The notes below the pieces were generated by a model, which worked only from the letters and a program-made list of their open reading frames with translations, was not told the DNA's origin and ran no database searches. A DNA stretch of 64,000 nt from the human T2T-CHM13v2.0 reference genome, Homo sapiens, in NCBI RefSeq assembly GCF_009914755.1, contig NC_060936.1. One strand, given 5' to 3'. Below are positions 37,938 to 64,000 of this stretch, piece after piece. The position numbers and the translations under genes were made by a program. Position 1 is the stretch's first letter, and each line of letters begins with the position of its first letter.

Positions 37938-38435
37938 CTGGGGCTTCAGCGACATGGTGAGGGGCCCATACACCGGCTCGCACGCCGGGCGGGGACAGCC
38001 GGGAGCCGGGCGCGCCAAGGAGACGCCGGAACGCGGCGGGGACGCACGGGCGCCGAGCGGGGAGGCGCGGGTTGGCGCGGCCGGAGGGGCGCCCGGGCTG
38101 GCGAGGGGGAGAAGGACGACGACGAAGGGGCGGGGAGGCCCGCCGAGACCAAGGAGCCGCCGGGAGCCGGGCCGAAACGCGCCGCCGCCGTTGCCGTTGC
38201 TACCAAAACAGTCTGAGGCGGAGGGAGGCGAGCTCTGCCGGGAGGGAGGGGGGCCGGGGCCGGGCGGGGGAGGGGCGGCGGAGGGATACGGTCCCGGGGC
38301 CGCGCCACCGCCGCCCCGCCCGCTCCGCCGCGCCGGCCGCTGGAGCGAGCGCCACCCGGGCCACCTGGCTGCGGCGAAGCGGCGAGACTCGGTGGCCACC
38401 GCGGGACTCCGAGGAGCTGCGGCCGCTGAGCGCAT
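37708..38435 (-). CDS. ATXN2: Ataxin-2, coding part of exon 1 (N-terminal Pro/Gly-rich region plus polyQ); the CDS continues in exons outside the window
   Basis: Translation MRSAAAAPRSPAVATESRRF...MSLKP(Q22)PPPAAANVRKPGGSG...GRPGLG is the ataxin-2 N-terminus. The first ATG is at 38435 and a second in-frame ATG (Met161) at 37955. Canonical donor GGCAG|GTGGGT at 37708/37707. Confidence 0.98.
37875..37940 (-). repeat. ATXN2: SCA2 CAG repeat, (CAG)8 CAA (CAG)4 CAA (CAG)8 = 22 Gln, normal allele
   Basis: The + strand reads (ctg)8 ttg (ctg)4 ttg (ctg)8, 66 nt, counted directly. Confidence 0.98.
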
Positions 38436-38493
38436 CGGAGGGCGGGCGCGCCGAGGCGCCGGGTGGGAGCGGAGGTGCGGATAGGGACTCTTT

Positions 38494-38521
38494 ACCGGAA
38501 GTCGGAGGGGTCAGACGGAAG
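38494..38521 (+). promoter_or_regulatory. Tandem ETS-family sites (ACCGGAAGT at 38494-38502, CGGAAG at 38516-38521)
   Basis: Perfect ETS/GABP/ELK consensus inside the 5' UTR. ETS1 control of ATXN2 through a 5' UTR site is established. Confidence 0.75.
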
Positions 38522-38524
38522 CAG

Positions 38525-38560
38525 AACGTGAGGTGGCCCCGGGGCCGGGAGGGACACGTG
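38525..38560. promoter_or_regulatory. E'-box (AACGTG = CACGTT) at 38525-38530 and E-box (CACGTG) at 38555-38560
   Basis: Both motifs are read directly from the sequence; factor binding is not shown. Confidence 0.45.
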
Positions 38561-39664
38561 AGGAGCGGGCGGCGCGCTGGGTTGCTTTCTCGGGGGTCGG
38601 GTGAGGGCCAGGCGGCGGTCCCTACCCGGATCCGCCTTCCTCGAGGCGGGTCTGCCCTTCGGGGAGGGCGTGTCGGTCTCAGCCTCTGGGGCCTGCCTGG
38701 TGTGGAGGACAGGAGAGAAGCATTTCTTCTCCTACTGTATTCCTTCAGCATCTTCACTTCTGCGGGGACCTAGTTTGCCCCCACCTGATGCAACCCAGAA
38801 AATGGACTGACTGCGAGTGCCTTGGGGCGGAGAATGTGTCTTGCTACGTGTAAAGCACCTAGAACCCTGCCAGATTCAGGGGACACAGCATCCTGCCGTT
38901 TTCCTGCCGTCCCCCGCCCGCCACACAGTAGGCGCTCCAGTGGCTCGGGGCATCTACCAGGCAGGCCGCGCTGTCCTGCCCTGCCGGGGCTGGAGTGGAG
39001 CAACCCTCCGGGGCCACCCACATCTGGGTACCTTTTCCCCACTTTTTCCACCCCAGCCGCGCACAGTCACCAGAAAACTCTTTTAGGTATCTGACCTTCA
39101 TTTGAACCTATGTTCCCTCACTTGAACTTCTTTTTCCTCATTCATGAGATTCTAAAGGAAATATATGGGATTGGGACTGGTAGAACTACGGATAATGGGA
39201 TCTCCCTCGGTAGAGACAGAGCCGACCTCAAAACAATGTGCGAACTTTAGACCTTGGACCCTTTAGAAGTTTTAATTTAACTTACCCAGCCAGCACAGTA
39301 GACTCTTTTTAAAATGTGTTGCAGTTAAACTGGAAGCAAGTAGAAAGTAGGTAACTTTTTTTTTTTTTTTTGAGCAGTGAATCTATTGTTTTTTAAAGTG
39401 AAATGACTTCAGGAAATAATAGGGGAAGAAACACCAAAATTCCCCTCAATGTCCTAGAACTGTCCAGATAAAGGTAAAGACTTAGATAAACGTGGAGAAT
39501 GATTGAACCAGCAGTTTTCAGTAGTCCAACTGAAATTAACCTCCTAGATAGTCCAGGCAAAAATGATCATTGTATTCTGCCAATGTAGGAAATCAGTTTT
39601 ATTTCCCATCTAAGGTAAAAAGTAGATCAAGGGACCATTGCAAAACCCTTTAAAAATTAACCTA

Positions 39665-44992
<5,328 letters not shown>

Positions 44993-46303
44993 TGAAGAGT
45001 GATTTGCTTGCACTCACTACAGAAGCACATATCACGTGATCCAGTATTCCTGGCAATTCACATTTCTGCAATCATGCCTTTTCATTTCTCTTCCCTTGAT
45101 CTTGCTTAATGTATGATGGTATATTATTCACTAAATACTCTTGATTTCACTTTCAAAAGCATGAAAATTAATTCAAATCAGAACTAACTTGCATCCCCCC
45201 AAATTCATCCTCTTCAAGTTTTTGTATAGACCAATCCTCATTTAAAAAAAAAAAAAAAAGCTGATGTAATATCAAAAATAGGACCATGGCTAATTAAACC
45301 AATGTTTTTTTTTCTAACCACAGTTACTCAGAATTCGTAGAGGCTCATCTATTTGTAGACACTCCAGGAATCCCAAAAGAGTAAATGCAATAAAAAACAT
45401 TATTTTTTAAAAAATGAAAAGTGTTTGGGGGAGAGGGCTTCCAGGAAGGGATTATTTATATACCTTGTATGCAAAGTAACAACTTTCCCATAGCTTTGAA
45501 AAAAGTGGAGGGTGGGGAGCTGCAAAATTGTAGAGAACACAGCAACATTATTTAAAGAACTTTTAAATGAGCCATTCCCTCCAAACGAGCACACTCCTGG
45601 TTGTTAAGTTGCTCGTTTTGTTTTACCTTGTGGGATAGAATAATGATGCAGTAACATTATTCACAAGGCAAAGCTGGTTGCCAGCTGAAATAGACACAGA
45701 AGAAAGAATTCTTTATTTTTCATTGGAAATGCTTGGGCTCTGCAGAGCCAGAAATTTAAAGAAACTCAGCCTTTTGTTTTTCCTCTTTCTCCCTTTTTTG
45801 TTTTTATTCACCCTCTTTTTGGGGGTGAGTTTGGTGGGCAGCCTGTTGTTTCAGGGCCACAGATTTATGGAAAGCCAAAGATCTGAATTATGCATGATTT
45901 GGAGAATGCAGGAAGGGATTTAAAATGGATGTGTGCAGACCAGTGACAGCTGAACTGGCCATTAGCATGGGATCTTGTTAGTTTGCTACGGGATATGGTG
46001 AGTCCTACAATGGAACCCCAGAAGAGTCAGACTATAATGAATACTGACATTGCTGACCTTCGATCTCAGAATAGGGACTTGGATACTTGTTCCCCAGTAG
46101 AATCACATATGGGCTTAACCATACACACCGTTTTGCTTAAGCCCTCATATTATCAAAATATTTATTTTCCACAAGGTAAGGCAGGGCTAGAGAACAATAA
46201 TGAAAATAATAATTGTAGACCTTTACATGGCATTTACTATGTGCCAACCATGTTCTAAGTGCTACCTGCACAATAACTTGCTCATTGAATCCTTGTAACA
46301 ACC

Positions 46304-48536
<2,233 letters not shown>

Positions 48537-48706
48537 TAGTAACCCTGAGAAGTAGATAGGATTATTATTCCCCTTTTACAGATGGGGAGACTAGGGCATA
48601 CAGAGAGTGAGTCACTTTGTCTAAGGGCACATTTATTAAATGGTAAAGGTGCAATTCGAACCCAGAAAGTCTGTTTCCAACATCCGGGTTCTAAACTGCT
48701 TTCCTA

Positions 48707-52797
<4,091 letters not shown>

Positions 52798-53214
52798 AAG
52801 CCAATTTTTATTGCAGTTAGTTAATAGCTTGTGATGTCGCCTTGCAGGCATTGGGAAAAGCATCATTCTAAGTTCATCAGAAGACACTGGAACCAAGAAA
52901 CCACAGGAGCCTTCAGGGGATCTACTCTTGGTCACTAGCCTTCTGCAGGCTTGAAAGAGGTTAGAACTGAGGCTCTCTGTGAGTTGGTCTCACTCTTCTT
53001 TGATCAGGGTTCTTGTTTCTTTCCATGTACATGTGACTAATCTCTATCCTCAGAGGGTCAACACAGGACAAATCTTGATGCAGCAATAAGCAATTTATAG
53101 TCTCCTGGTGTCCTGAAAATGACTCAAGAAATCCCGTTACTATGATTTCTAATGATCTTGACATGCGAATTTATTTTTCAGTTATGTAACCCTTTTTAAA
53201 AACTTCCTGAATAT

Positions 53215-63885
<10,671 letters not shown>

Positions 63886-64000
63886 ACACCCACACTCTAG
63901 CCAGTGAGGAATTCCTTCGCACTCTTAGGATCCATCAGGCAGTTCCCTCTGTGCCTTTGCTTCTGCTGAGTGACTCTATGACTCTATCCTATGCCTTTCT

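Larger units (their letters stand above)
38436..38597 (-). other. ATXN2: ATXN2 exon 1 5' UTR / TSS region
   Basis: The - strand reads ACCCCCGAGAAAGCAACCCAGCGCGCC...CCCTCCG-ATG, matching the ATXN2 mRNA leader as I recall it. The exact TSS is likely dispersed, as at other CpG-island promoters. Confidence 0.75.
36290..39065. promoter_or_regulatory. CpG island / ATXN2 promoter spanning exon 1 and the start of intron 1
   Basis: GC content and CpG density rise sharply against the AT- and Alu-rich flanks. There are multiple GGGCGG boxes. Boundaries are approximate. Confidence 0.9.
38420..39180 (+). ncRNA. ATXN2-AS: Region of ATXN2 antisense/divergent lncRNA (ATXN2-AS); boundaries uncertain, and isoforms crossing the CUG repeat are reported
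   Basis: Based on prior knowledge of the locus plus the bidirectional CpG-island structure. Transcript ends cannot be derived from sequence. Confidence 0.3.

Noticed and set aside
37875-37940. Pathogenic or ALS-intermediate CAG expansion
   Set aside because: 22 repeats with two CAA interruptions is the normal allele.
38315-38330. Site of a reported 9-bp duplication in the region between the two ATGs
   Set aside because: Only one CGGAGCGGG copy is present on the - strand.
38200-39101. Several long Arg/Pro/Gly-rich ORFs around the promoter, including a possible uORF at 38757-38200
   Set aside because: Expected in very GC-rich DNA. The uORF start lies upstream of the inferred TSS and has no recognisable domain.

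Overview
This is human genomic DNA at the 5' end of ATXN2 (ataxin-2, the SCA2/ALS gene, 12q24), which is transcribed on the - strand. Exon 1 (CDS 38435..37708) lies in a ~2.8 kb CpG island and carries a normal 22-Gln allele, (CAG)8 CAA (CAG)4 CAA (CAG)8, with Val107. Bases 1-37707 are intron 1; I did not see exon 2. Bases ~38600-64000 are upstream intergenic DNA. Intron 1 contains a full-length processed IFITM3 retrocopy on the + strand (poly(A), TSD, one early frameshift, long ORF still open) and a U7 snRNA pseudogene. The rest is very Alu-dense, with Tigger1, Tigger3, MER3, MER20, MER21, MER53, MER58, MER1, MLT1, L1M, L2 and MIR relics. Almost all ORFs in the track are Alu translation artefacts. 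I found no convincing new biological system. The best leads are the re-opened IFITM3 retro-ORF, a possible exon-1 read-through polyQ fragment, a GTG-initiated antisense poly-Cys frame, and several template-switch scars, including a ~450 bp inverted duplication in intron 1. Repeat family names come from recognising consensus sequence by eye and have not been checked with RepeatMasker.
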